From: Sedimentitalea sp.
GTDB lineage: Bacteria > Pseudomonadota > Alphaproteobacteria > Rhodobacterales > Rhodobacteraceae
DNA: 64,000 bases
Assembly: GCF_039941015.1 (NCBI RefSeq)
Contig: NZ_JBDVFI010000041.1
Strand: one strand, 5' to 3'
The notes beneath the pieces are model-generated. The model was not told where the DNA came from and ran no database searches. It saw nothing but the letters and a program-made list of their open reading frames with translations. Below, piece by piece: positions 18,692 through 28,109 of the stretch; position 1 is the stretch's first letter, and every line of letters starts with the position of its first letter. A program made the translations under genes and the position numbers.

Positions 18692-19708
18692 ATGCTGAAA
18701 TCATCCACCTGCATCACGGCCGCCCTGCTCGCCACAATGGCCAGCACAGCCAGCGCTGACGGCGAGCTGAACCTCTATTCCTCCCGTCACTATGATACAG
18801 ACGAACGGCTGTATTCCGATTTTGAAGAATCCACCGGCATCACCATCAACCGCATCGAAGGCAAGGCCGACGAACTGATCGCCCGGATGCAGGCCGAAGG
18901 TGCAAATTCCCCTGCCGACGTGCTGCTGACTGTGGATACATCGCGGCTCAAGCGGGCCAAGGACGCCGGTGTGCTGCAGCCAACCGACAGCGCCGTGCTC
19001 GAAGCGCGCGTTCCCGGCTATCTTCAGGATGCCGACAACCAATGGTTCGGTTTTTCGCAACGCTCGCGCATCATCTACTATGACAAGGCCGACGTGACCG
19101 AGCCTCCTCTGACTTATGCCGATCTGGCCGATCCAAAGTACAAGGGCCTTGTGTGTATCCGCTCGTCTTCGAACACATACAACCAGACCCTGTTGGCCTC
19201 GATCATCACCCACACCGACGAGGAAACGGCCAAGGCATGGGCACAGGGCGTCGTCGACAACATGGCACGCGAGCCACAGGGCGGCGACACCGACCAGCTG
19301 CGGGGAATCGTGTCGGGTGAATGCGACATCGCCGTTGCCAATACCTATTACTTTGCCCGTTCGATCCGCAAAGACGTGGACGGCCTGTCCGCCGAACGCG
19401 ACATGATCGGCTGGGTGTTCCCGTCGCAGGATGCGGAAGGCGCGCATATGAACCTGTCGGGCGGCGGTATCGCAGCCAATGCCCCCAACCACGACAACGC
19501 CGTCAAGTTCCTTGAATACCTGGCGAGCGATCAGGCACAGGAGTATTTCTCGGCTGGCAACGATGAATATCCCGCCGTTCCCGGTGTGGGCCTGTCGCCA
19601 GCGATTGCCGCGCTCGGCTTTTTCAAGCCCGACGATATCGACCTGTCGGATGTGGCCGAGAACATCCCTGCGGCCCAGCGAATCTTTAACGAGGTGAACT
19701 GGAAGTAA
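18692..19708 (+). CDS. Fe(3+) ABC transporter periplasmic binding protein (FbpA/IdiA/FutA family)
   Basis: 338 aa. Signal peptide MLKSSTCITAALLATMASTASA. GELNLYSSRHYDTDERLY...ADVLLTVD is typical of ferric-iron binding proteins. Confidence 0.85.
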   Translation: MLKSSTCITAALLATMASTASADGELNLYSSRHYDTDERLYSDFEESTGITINRIEGKADELIARMQAEGANSPADVLLTVDTSRLKRAKDAGVLQPTDSAVLEARVPGYLQDADNQWFGFSQRSRIIYYDKADVTEPPLTYADLADPKYKGLVCIRSSSNTYNQTLLASIITHTDEETAKAWAQGVVDNMAREPQGGDTDQLRGIVSGECDIAVANTYYFARSIRKDVDGLSAERDMIGWVFPSQDAEGAHMNLSGGGIAANAPNHDNAVKFLEYLASDQAQEYFSAGNDEYPAVPGVGLSPAIAALGFFKPDDIDLSDVAENIPAAQRIFNEVNWK

Positions 19709-19735
19709 CCTCGCACAACCCTTGCGAGCAGTGGC

Positions 19736-19770
19736 GGGTGCAAGGGTCAACCTTGCGCCCGTTTTCTTTG
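19736..19770 (+). terminator. rho-independent terminator after the Fe(3+) binding-protein gene
   Basis: GGGTGCAAGG-gtcaa-CCTTGCGCCC (10-bp stem with one G-U pair) followed by GTTTTCTTTG. Confidence 0.7.
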
Positions 19771-19962
19771 CGAGTTCTGCCAGAATCTGCCTCATGCATG
19801 GATTCTTTCGAGCAGTTCTGTCAAAATAAGGTATGGAAGACCCGTATACGGAGCAGCCACAAACTGTGGCAAATTGCGCAGAGTTGACGAGTTACAAATC
19901 GACTTCGAATTCCCTGCGGGCAAGGCCCGTACCACTTTAGACTAGATCAGGATCTCCTCCAG

Positions 19963-20856
19963 ATGCCTCTTGCCTGTGTTCTGATATCTGACATTACCGG
20001 CAGTACCCAACTGTACGAAACCGCAAGCAATCAAACCGCGCTTGAGCAGGTCAGCAAGGTACTGGCGCGGATGCGGCAGATTATCGAATCCACCGGGGGC
20101 AAATGCGTCAAATCTCAGGGTGACGACGTTCTCAGCTTTTTTGAATCGTCCGAACAGGCGTTTCAGGCCGCATGGGCGATGCTCAATGAAAGCTGGCCAG
20201 CAGGGCTGTCGGTGCATGTCGGCACCTATTTCGGCGAGATTCTCAATCACGAGAACGACATTTACGGCAGCGCGGTCAACACGGCGGCGCGACTGTCATC
20301 GCTGGCCAAGCCCGGCGAGATCCTTGTGGGCGACCGTGGGTATGATGACCTGACGCCCGAAAGCAAAGCCCGATTGCTGATGATCGGAGAGATCCAGTTG
20401 CGCGGCAAGGCCAACCCGACGCGCGTCTATTCCTGTTCGGTGACCGAACTTAGTGAACAGACCGTGATATTTGGGGGCGCGAACAAGGAACGTGCCCGAG
20501 GTACTGAACTGGCCGATTTGCAATTAAACGGCAAAACTTGGCAGATCAGCGAAGGCGAAAGCCTGACGATAGGGCGGTCTGCGGATTGCGATATTGTCCT
20601 GAAACCGGCATGGGTTTCGCGCAAGCACGCCGCCTTGTCTATCCGCCGTGGACAACTCGAGTTCACCGATCACAGCAGTTCCGGAAGCCTGATCCGCATG
20701 GCCAATGGCAGCGAAGTGGCGCTGCACCGTCGCGCCACGCTCCTCAATGGCAGCGGCTCAATCCTTTTGGGGCCACGCACCCATATTGACGATGACTGCT
20801 GTATCCAATTCACGACCCACGACCTTGCACTGATGCAAACCAAGCAAGCGGTCTGA
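19963..20856 (+). CDS. class III nucleotide cyclase fused to a C-terminal FHA domain
   Basis: 297 aa. Cyclase motifs VLISDITGST (metal Asp), KSQGDDVLSFF (metal Asp), GSAVNTAARL (Asn/Arg). FHA: LTIGRSADCDIVLKPAWVSRKHAAL. No N-terminal sensor or TM region. Confidence 0.8.
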   Translation: MPLACVLISDITGSTQLYETASNQTALEQVSKVLARMRQIIESTGGKCVKSQGDDVLSFFESSEQAFQAAWAMLNESWPAGLSVHVGTYFGEILNHENDIYGSAVNTAARLSSLAKPGEILVGDRGYDDLTPESKARLLMIGEIQLRGKANPTRVYSCSVTELSEQTVIFGGANKERARGTELADLQLNGKTWQISEGESLTIGRSADCDIVLKPAWVSRKHAALSIRRGQLEFTDHSSSGSLIRMANGSEVALHRRATLLNGSGSILLGPRTHIDDDCCIQFTTHDLALMQTKQAV

Positions 20857-20961
20857 CTCGCTCTGCCAGTCTCCCGTTCACTTTGGCATAGCGTCCGATG
20901 ACGATTTCCGGTTTGCCTCGCCACGCCGCTGCGCTAGGGCTGCGGTAGTCAGGAGGGGCCA

Positions 20962-21057
20962 ATGTCAGAGTTTACAACCATCACCACGATCACAGTGATT
21001 TCCGCCGTTCGGGACGGTGCAGATTTCCAGCGTGCCAGCAAGGTACGCCAATCATGA
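20962..21057 (+). CDS. candidate 31-codon upstream ORF, translationally coupled to the COG0523 GTPase
   Basis: AGGAGG at 20951-20956 lies 5 nt before the ATG at 20962. Product MSEFTTITTITVISAVRDGADFQRASKVRQS. Its TGA at 21055-21057 overlaps the GTPase ATG at 21054 (ATGA). Below the ORF-track size cutoff. Confidence 0.4.
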   Translation: MSEFTTITTITVISAVRDGADFQRASKVRQS

Positions 21058-21917
21058 CTGCGTCGCTGCCCCTCACCATTGTCAGCGGCTATCTCGGCGC
21101 GGGCAAGACCACGCTGATCAACCGACTTCTTGCCGAGGATCACGGGATACGCCTGATGGTCATTGTAAACGATTTTGGCGCGATCAACATCGACAAGGCG
21201 CTGATCAAGACGCGGGGCGATGACACGATCGCCCTGACCAATGGCTGTGTCTGCTGCACCATGGGCACAGATTTGACCATGGCGCTTAACGATGTCCTCG
21301 ACCGGGACGACCGGCCCGATCACCTGATCATCGAGGCCAGCGGTATTGCTGACCCGGCGGCGATTGCCAGCGCCGCCATCGCGGAACCGGAACTCAGCTA
21401 TGCCGGGATCATCACATTGGTCGATGCACAGAATATCGAGGGTCTGCTCAACGATCACTTGATTGCCCCGCAGGTCACACAACAGATATCTGCGGCCGAT
21501 CTGGTGCTGCTGACCAAAACTGACGCCGCGGCGCCTGCCCTTCTTGACCGACTCGCCACGATGCGCGCGCGATCACCCGCGGTGCTGGACGACACCCCCC
21601 TCGCCCCGCTTCTGTTTGATATCGTGCCTCTGCCTCAAGGCCGCAGTACCGCCCCGCACCCGGCCTATGCAAACTGGCAGCATGACAGCGACATGGTTCT
21701 CGACCGCAGGGCCATGGGCGACAAACTCGCCAATCGCCCGCATGGGCTCTACCGTCTCAAGGGATTCATTCAGACAGATGATGGCGGATACGAAGTCCAC
21801 GTCGTGGGCCAATTCGTCAAAGCCAAACGTGTCCAAACCGACCGCACCACGCTGGTCGGTCTCGGACCGGCTGCCCGTATCAGCAGGGATGAAATAGAAA
21901 CCTGGTGGTGCGCATGA
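21054..21917 (+). CDS. COG0523/CobW-family G3E GTPase (putative metallochaperone)
   Basis: 287 aa. Walker A GYLGAGKTTLINRLL. Metal-binding CxCC motif (GCVCCTM). Switch region IIEASGIADP. No obvious SD of its own. Confidence 0.88.
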   Translation: MTASLPLTIVSGYLGAGKTTLINRLLAEDHGIRLMVIVNDFGAINIDKALIKTRGDDTIALTNGCVCCTMGTDLTMALNDVLDRDDRPDHLIIEASGIADPAAIASAAIAEPELSYAGIITLVDAQNIEGLLNDHLIAPQVTQQISAADLVLLTKTDAAAPALLDRLATMRARSPAVLDDTPLAPLLFDIVPLPQGRSTAPHPAYANWQHDSDMVLDRRAMGDKLANRPHGLYRLKGFIQTDDGGYEVHVVGQFVKAKRVQTDRTTLVGLGPAARISRDEIETWWCA

Positions 21918-22070
21918 AGCATTCTCTGAACATTGCAAAATTGATCGCGGGAAAAGTCCGAATTCAACACTCTACAAAGTTGTTTCCAGTCCGTTTGCGC
22001 CATATCAAGGCGCCAGGCGCCAAAGCGCGCCAATACTAGATCTCAGATCTCAATCAATGGGGACATCACC

Positions 22071-22553
22071 ATGAAAATCTCGACCGCCATGCTGAAGACC
22101 GGACTCGCCAGCAGCGCCATCGTCCTATCGCTTGCCACATCGGCACTTGCGAATGAAAACACCCAGCAAGGTGTTCTGAAATGCGATGTCGAGGGCGGCG
22201 TCGGCATGTTGCTCGGCTCCAAGAAAGACATGACCTGCGTTTTCACAAAAAATGACGGAACCGTCGAAAACTATACCGGTCGCGTTCTGACCATCGGTGT
22301 TGATATCGGCGTGACCAAAGACAGCCACATCACCTGGGCGGTTCTGGCACCTTCGGGTGACAACGAAGTCGGTGCGCTGGCCGGGAGCTATGATGGCGTC
22401 AAGGCCGAAGCAACCGTTGCAGGCGGCGTCGGTGCCAACGTTCTCGTCAGCGCCGGAAACCAATTCACGCTTCAGCCGATCAGCGTACAAACGCAAAAGG
22501 GCCTCAACGTTGCAGCGGGCTTTGGTTCGATCAAACTCGAATACGCAAAATAG
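22071..22553 (+). CDS. DUF992-family exported protein
   Basis: 160 aa. Signal peptide ...SLATSALA-NE. GVLKCDVEGGVGMLLGSKKDMTCVF... resembles DUF992 proteins. Confidence 0.7.
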   Translation: MKISTAMLKTGLASSAIVLSLATSALANENTQQGVLKCDVEGGVGMLLGSKKDMTCVFTKNDGTVENYTGRVLTIGVDIGVTKDSHITWAVLAPSGDNEVGALAGSYDGVKAEATVAGGVGANVLVSAGNQFTLQPISVQTQKGLNVAAGFGSIKLEYAK

Positions 22554-22582
22554 AGTCCAGATTTTACTTCAGAACGCCAGAC

Positions 22583-22614
22583 ACGGCGCCCTTGCAAAAG
22601 GGCGCCGTTTTTCT
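22583..22614 (+). terminator. rho-independent terminator after the DUF992 gene
   Basis: ACGGCGCCCTT-gcaa-AAGGGCGCCGT followed by TTTTTC. Confidence 0.85.
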
Positions 22615-22680
22615 GCGTCAGGGCTTTAACTTGATATGGGGCCCACAATCTAATGCGTTGAAACCTGTGATGCTCGTTGC

Positions 22681-24351
22681 CTAGCGGTTTCGCCCGACCT
22701 GCCGGCAGATCAGGATCACCGGCAACAATCCCACGGCCACGATCACCAGCGAAGGCACCGCAGCGCCTTCCAATCGTTCATCGCTGGCCAGACGATAGGC
22801 CTGAACGGCCAGCGTATCATAGTTGAATGGTCGCATGATCAAGGTTGCAGGCAACTCCTTCATCACGTCCACGAAAACGATCAGCAGCGCCGTAAGCAAG
22901 CTCGGCGTCAGGATCGGCAGATGCACCCGCCGCAACGTGCCCAGCGGCGTTTCGCCAAGGGATCGCGAGGCCGCATCCATGTTGGCGTGAACCGTGCTTT
23001 GCCCGCCCTCATATGCACCGAGCGCCGCCGCCAGGAACCGCACCATGTAGGCCGCAACGAGCAACCAGATCGACCCTGTGACCAAGAGACCGGTCGAGAT
23101 GCCAAACGTCGCCCGCATCCAGGCATCCAACGCGTTGTCAAAGGCCGCAAACGGCACCATCAGACCCACCGCAATCACGCCGCCCGGCACCGCATAACCC
23201 AGCCGCGCGACATAGCCGGCCGTGGCCGAACCACGGCCCGGACGGAGCCGCTGAAAGAACCCGACTGTGATCGCCGCCATTAAGGTCACGACCGCCGCTG
23301 TCCCGGCCAGCGTGATCGAATTCTGGATAAATCCGATGTACCGACGGCTGAGCAGATCCTGTTCCCCACCCAAACCCATCACAAACAGCACGATCGCAGG
23401 CAAAACACAGCCCAGGACCACCGGAATTACGCACAGCAACATCGCCAGCGCCGCCCGCCAACCGCGCAGCTGCGCAGGCTCCATTGCCATCTGGCGCTTA
23501 CCCGCCTCGTGGTACTTTGCGCGTCCTCGCTGCAACCGTTCGGTTACAGCGAGAAGCAGGGCGAAACTCAGCAGGCACAGCGCAAGCTGGGCAGCTGCCG
23601 CTCGATCCGCCATCGAAAACCAGCTTGTGTAGATACCGGTCGCAAAGGTTTGCACGCTGAAATAAGCCACCGTGCCGAAATCGGCGATCGTTTCCATCAC
23701 CGCCAGCAACACACCCGCCGCAATCGCAGGGCGCGCCATTGGCAGGCTTACGGTCCAGAATGCCGCCCATGCGCTCTTGCCAAGCGTCCGCGCCGCGAGA
23801 AACGCGGCCGAGCTTTGTTGGAGAAACGCGGCGCGTGCAAGAAGGTAGACGTAGGGATAGAACACCAGCACCAGCATGGCGGCTGCGCCCCAGAGCGAAC
23901 GAATTTCGGGAAACCAATAATCACGTGGCCCCCAGCCGGTCACGTCACGCAAAGTCGATTGCACGATCCCCGGGTGATCCAGCAAATAGGTATAGGCGTA
24001 TGCGAGCACATAGGCCGGAAACGCCAGCGGCAGCACCAGCATGATTTCGAGGATCCGCACCCCTGGAAACCGTGTCATCGTCACCAACCAGGCCGCCCCG
24101 ACACCAAGCGCAAAGGTGCCAGCAGCGACCAACGTCACAAGCGCGAGTGTCGAGCCAACGTATCGCGGCAGGACAGTATCCAGCAAATGGGAAACCGTGT
24201 CGGTGCCACCCGTGACCGCCGCCAATACGACCGCCAGCATCGGGAGCAGGCAAACCGCCGCTACGGTATAGGCGAGTCCGGCAAGCGGCCCGGCACCACC
24301 ATGTCTGCGTCGCCGCTTGCCATTTGCGGCCAGCTCGATGGCTTCGGACAT
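22681..24351 (-). CDS. iron(III) ABC transporter permease (fused double permease, FbpB-like)
   Basis: About 556 aa with two tandem permease halves of roughly 6 TM each. ATG at 24351 (MSEAIELAANG...) is preferred over the TTG at 24378. Confidence 0.8.
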   Translation of the reverse strand: MSEAIELAANGKRRRRHGGAGPLAGLAYTVAAVCLLPMLAVVLAAVTGGTDTVSHLLDTVLPRYVGSTLALVTLVAAGTFALGVGAAWLVTMTRFPGVRILEIMLVLPLAFPAYVLAYAYTYLLDHPGIVQSTLRDVTGWGPRDYWFPEIRSLWGAAAMLVLVFYPYVYLLARAAFLQQSSAAFLAARTLGKSAWAAFWTVSLPMARPAIAAGVLLAVMETIADFGTVAYFSVQTFATGIYTSWFSMADRAAAAQLALCLLSFALLLAVTERLQRGRAKYHEAGKRQMAMEPAQLRGWRAALAMLLCVIPVVLGCVLPAIVLFVMGLGGEQDLLSRRYIGFIQNSITLAGTAAVVTLMAAITVGFFQRLRPGRGSATAGYVARLGYAVPGGVIAVGLMVPFAAFDNALDAWMRATFGISTGLLVTGSIWLLVAAYMVRFLAAALGAYEGGQSTVHANMDAASRSLGETPLGTLRRVHLPILTPSLLTALLIVFVDVMKELPATLIMRPFNYDTLAVQAYRLASDERLEGAAVPSLVIVAVGLLPVILICRQVGRNR

Positions 24352-24500
24352 TGCGGGGGCCTTTACCTCACGTGACAAAACAGGGGGGCAGGTACCCTCC
24401 TGTCCCTTATTCGATCAATTGCGTCGGGTTTTCCAGCCCGAAACCGCAAAACTGCGACAGCATTGCGTTGCTCCGGAACCCTCACAGGCAGGCGTAGACC

Positions 24501-25724
24501 CTAGTCGTAGCTTCGCTGATCCTCGATCACCAGACCATCCTTTGGCAAGCTGCCGGGCGCAACAACGTCGATTGCACCCTTAAGCTTGAGCACATCTGCC
24601 ACGGTCTTGGCATAGGCGCTGGCATCACCCCCGGCGGCCTCGATCATGACGGTCATCGCGTCCATCTCACCCTCGCGGCTGGCAACGACCCGTGCCTTGA
24701 CGATCTCAGCGTGCCGTTCGACCAATGCGGCGACCTGCTCGGGGCGAATGAACATGCCTTTGATCTTGGTGGTCTGGTCGGCACGTCCCATCCAACCCTT
24801 GATCCGCATGTTCGTGCGTCCACAGGGACTTTGGCCCGCCATCACTGCGCTCAGATCGCCAGTCGCAAACCGGATCAGCGGATAGTCGGGGTTCAACGTG
24901 GTCACCACCACCTCACCAACCTCACCCGGCGCAACCGGCGTGCCGGTTCCGGGGATGACAATCTCGACGATGACCTGTTCGTCGACGATCATTCCCTCCA
25001 TCGCGGCGCTCTCATAGGCGATGTTGCCCAGATCCGCCGTGCCGTAACTTTGCAGACACAGGATGCCACGGTCGGCATATTCCGCACGCAGGCTGGGGAA
25101 CAATGCGCCGCCGCCGACTGTCGCCTTGGTGATCCCAAGCGCCACGCCCATGCTGTCGGCTTTATCGAGGATCACCTTTAGGTAATCGGGCGTCCCCGCA
25201 TAGGCCGTTGTACCGACGTCTCGCGCCGCCGTGACCTGCAGTTCGGTCTGCCCGGTTCCGGCGGGCAATACTGCCGCGCCGACAGCACGCGCGCCGCTTT
25301 CAAAAAGCATCCCTGCGGGCGTCAGATGATATCCAAAACAGTTCTGCACGATGTCGCCCGCACCGATGCCCACGGCATGCAGCACCCGGCCAAATCGCCA
25401 CCAATCATGATCGACGCCACCCGGTTCATAAATCGGGCCGGGCGACTGGAACACATGAGCATAGCCCGACGCCGGTTTCGCCGCAAAGCCACCGAATGGC
25501 GGGTTGGCCGATTGCGCCTTGCCCAGCTCTGATTTGCGCAACACTGGCAATGCCGCAAGCGCGTCGGCATTCGTAATCGCATTTGCGTCAATCTGCCCAA
25601 GAGATGCGGCATAGCCTGTTAGCGTCTGAGCTCGGGCAATCTGCAACGGCAGCGCCCGCGCCAGATCTTCGGCTCTCTGGTCGGCGCTGCGGGTTTCAAG
25701 CTCGTCGTAGAAAGATGATGACAT
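24501..25724 (-). CDS. phenylacetate-CoA ligase family protein (PaaK-like adenylating enzyme)
   Basis: 407 aa, ...LPVLRKSEL...YGTADLG...IRFATGDL...KIKGMFIRPEQV... matches the PaaK-like architecture. Confidence 0.8.
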   Translation of the reverse strand: MSSSFYDELETRSADQRAEDLARALPLQIARAQTLTGYAASLGQIDANAITNADALAALPVLRKSELGKAQSANPPFGGFAAKPASGYAHVFQSPGPIYEPGGVDHDWWRFGRVLHAVGIGAGDIVQNCFGYHLTPAGMLFESGARAVGAAVLPAGTGQTELQVTAARDVGTTAYAGTPDYLKVILDKADSMGVALGITKATVGGGALFPSLRAEYADRGILCLQSYGTADLGNIAYESAAMEGMIVDEQVIVEIVIPGTGTPVAPGEVGEVVVTTLNPDYPLIRFATGDLSAVMAGQSPCGRTNMRIKGWMGRADQTTKIKGMFIRPEQVAALVERHAEIVKARVVASREGEMDAMTVMIEAAGGDASAYAKTVADVLKLKGAIDVVAPGSLPKDGLVIEDQRSYD

Positions 25725-25826
25725 TTCGCCCTCGTGTCCTCTGACGTTAAGTGCGGGTCGGCGGGCGGAGCCACGCCAAAAGAAGACCTGCGGTAAAAAT
25801 GGGGATGGGTGGCAGCAGGCCTGCCA

Positions 25827-26663
25827 TCAACTCAGCCAACGCTTGCGGCGACGGTAAGAACGCACATCGCGAAACGATTTACGCCCTTCATCCGACATGC
25901 CGAGATAGAATTCCTTGACGTCCGGATTTTCGCGAAGTTCGGCGGCAGGGCCGTCCATCACCACACGTCCGGATTCGAGGATATAGCCATGATGCGCAAA
26001 GCGCAGTGCGACGTTGGTATTCTGTTCCGCCAGCAGGAAGGACACGCCTTCCTTTTCGTTGAGATCTTTTACGATCCCGAAAATCTCTTCGACCAACTGC
26101 GGCGCAAGACCCATCGAGGGCTCGTCTAGCAAGATGGTCTCGGGTCCGGCCATCAGCGCACGTCCGATTGCCACCATTTGTTGTTCGCCACCGGATGTGT
26201 AACCGGCCTGACTCTTGCGGCGTTCGCGCAAGCGCGGAAAATACTGATAGACCTTTTCCAGATCGGCCATCATCTCGCCGCGGCCCTGATTGCGGGTATA
26301 GAATCCGGTCAGCAGGTTTTCCTCGACCGTCAAATGCTCAAAACAATGACGGCCTTCCATCACCTGAATCACGCCGCGCTTGACCAACTCGGCAGGGTCC
26401 AGATCCTGCACCCGGTCTCCGCGATACACGATAGAGCCCTTGGTCACTTCGCCACGCTCGGAATGCAAAAGATTGCTGATCGCCTTCAACGTCGTGGTCT
26501 TGCCAGCGCCGTTCCCGCCCAGCAACGCAGTGATACCGCCCTTGGGCACCTTCAGGCTGACGCCCTTGAGCACGAGGATCACGTGATTGTAGATCACCTC
26601 GATATTGTTGACTTCCAGCAGGGTCTCGGCCTGCACGTCCGTAGGTTTGGCAGCGTCCAGCAT
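25827..26663 (-). CDS. HAAT-family ABC transporter ATP-binding protein (LivF-like)
   Basis: Walker A GGNGAGKTT, signature YTSGGEQQM, Walker B ILLDEPS. ATG at 26663 (MLDAAKPTDV...) is preferred over the upstream start at 26708. Confidence 0.88.
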   Translation of the reverse strand: MLDAAKPTDVQAETLLEVNNIEVIYNHVILVLKGVSLKVPKGGITALLGGNGAGKTTTLKAISNLLHSERGEVTKGSIVYRGDRVQDLDPAELVKRGVIQVMEGRHCFEHLTVEENLLTGFYTRNQGRGEMMADLEKVYQYFPRLRERRKSQAGYTSGGEQQMVAIGRALMAGPETILLDEPSMGLAPQLVEEIFGIVKDLNEKEGVSFLLAEQNTNVALRFAHHGYILESGRVVMDGPAAELRENPDVKEFYLGMSDEGRKSFRDVRSYRRRKRWLS

Positions 26664-26731
26664 GGGGTGTCTTTCCGGCAAATCTTGTGATGACCCGACG
26701 GCGACCAAAGCCGCCGCCGAGCGTTATTCGA

Positions 26732-28015
26732 TTATTCGCAGTTCGGCGCGACGTTGTTTTCGGCGGCAAACGCTGCAGAATCCTCGTCGATAAGTGGCTG
26801 AACCACGTCTTGGTCGGACTGAACGAATTCGCTGATCAGGTTCCACTGCTTCGCATTCGCATCCCACTGGGTTACAGCCACAAAGCCGTTGCCACCGTGG
26901 TTTTCGCAGGTCACCTCGAATTCAGGACCGAAGTTTGGAAGACCAAGCGCGGCCATCTTTTCCTCGGTGATCTTCAACGCTTCCATGCCGTCACGCATCT
27001 GGCCCGGAGTGATGTTGGCGACTCCGTGGATTTCCTGTGCCGTCTTGGCAGCTTCGGACACGAGCATCGCCGCATAGAGACCTCGGTTATAGAGAACCGT
27101 ACCGACTTGGTCGCCTGCACCCGCTGCTTTTCCAGGTTCGATGACGAATTTCTGCAAATCGTCGTACAGCGGATAGTCGCTGCCGACGTTGTGGAAGGTA
27201 AGGGCCTTGTAACCGTTGGCCGCTTCACCGGCAGGCAACACGTCGTTTTCGGAACCCGACCACCAGATGCCGATGAACTTGTCCATCGGAAAGCGAATGT
27301 TGGCCGCTTCCTGGATCGCGACCTGGTTCATGACGCCCCAGCCATACATGACCACATAGTCCGGACGGTCACGACGCACCTGAAGCCACTGAGATTTCTG
27401 TTCCTGACCAGGGTGATCGACCGGCAGCAGGACCAGTTCGAAACCGTGCTTCTTGGACAGTTCTTCAAGCGTGCGGATCGGTTCTTTGCCATAGGCAGAG
27501 TTGTGATAGACCAGCGCGATCTTCTTGCCGTTCAGGTCACCACCTTCTTCGTCCAACATGTATTTGACCGCTACCGACGCGCCGTCCCAGTAGTTGGCCG
27601 GAAAGTTGAACACATGGCTGAACACGTTGCCGTTCTTGGCCGAGGTTCGCCCCAGACCCGAGGTCAGCATCGGGACGTCTTCGACGGTCACTTTTGGGAT
27701 CAACTGATAGGTAATTCCGGTCGAGAGCGGCTGATAAACCAGCCCGCCGCCGTCTTTCAGCGATTCATAGCATTCGACGCCCTTTTCGGTGTTATAGGCC
27801 GTCTCGCATTCGGGAACGAGAATGGTCTCGCCGCCGATGCCGCCATCGCGCTCGTTCAACAGCGTGAAATAGTCGGCATAGCCATCCGCGAACGGAATGC
27901 CACCCGCCGCATAGGGGCCGGTGCGATAGCTCAACGATGGGAACACAAGGTCCGCCATCACCGGCCCGGCGGCCATGACGGCGCCAAGCGCCAGAGTTGT
28001 CAGTTTCAATTTCAT
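26732..28015 (-). CDS. HAAT-family ABC transporter substrate-binding protein
   Basis: 427 aa. Signal peptide MKLKLTTLALGAVMAAGPVMA. Type I periplasmic binding fold (Leu/Ile/Val-binding-like). Confidence 0.85.
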   Translation of the reverse strand: MKLKLTTLALGAVMAAGPVMADLVFPSLSYRTGPYAAGGIPFADGYADYFTLLNERDGGIGGETILVPECETAYNTEKGVECYESLKDGGGLVYQPLSTGITYQLIPKVTVEDVPMLTSGLGRTSAKNGNVFSHVFNFPANYWDGASVAVKYMLDEEGGDLNGKKIALVYHNSAYGKEPIRTLEELSKKHGFELVLLPVDHPGQEQKSQWLQVRRDRPDYVVMYGWGVMNQVAIQEAANIRFPMDKFIGIWWSGSENDVLPAGEAANGYKALTFHNVGSDYPLYDDLQKFVIEPGKAAGAGDQVGTVLYNRGLYAAMLVSEAAKTAQEIHGVANITPGQMRDGMEALKITEEKMAALGLPNFGPEFEVTCENHGGNGFVAVTQWDANAKQWNLISEFVQSDQDVVQPLIDEDSAAFAAENNVAPNCE

Positions 28016-28109
28016 CGGTTCGTTTCCTCCCTGTTGGTCTTATCCGATGGTGTGTCTGTCCCCGCAGGGACAGTCGATCCGTAAGATGGGTGCGTGCACC
28101 AATCCTGCG

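Noticed and set aside
20857-20961. Cobalamin riboswitch or Zur box upstream of the CobW-family gene
   Set aside because: The spacer is only about 100 nt. It lacks a B12-box-like element and any AT-rich Zur-type palindrome.
20962-21057. Thr/Ile-rich small ORF as a classical thr/ilv-type transcription attenuator
   Set aside because: No terminator/antiterminator pair follows. The only hairpin (CGCCGT-tcggg-ACGGTG) has no U-tract. The downstream gene is a GTPase, not an amino-acid biosynthesis operon. I kept it only as a coupled-uORF / frameshift question.
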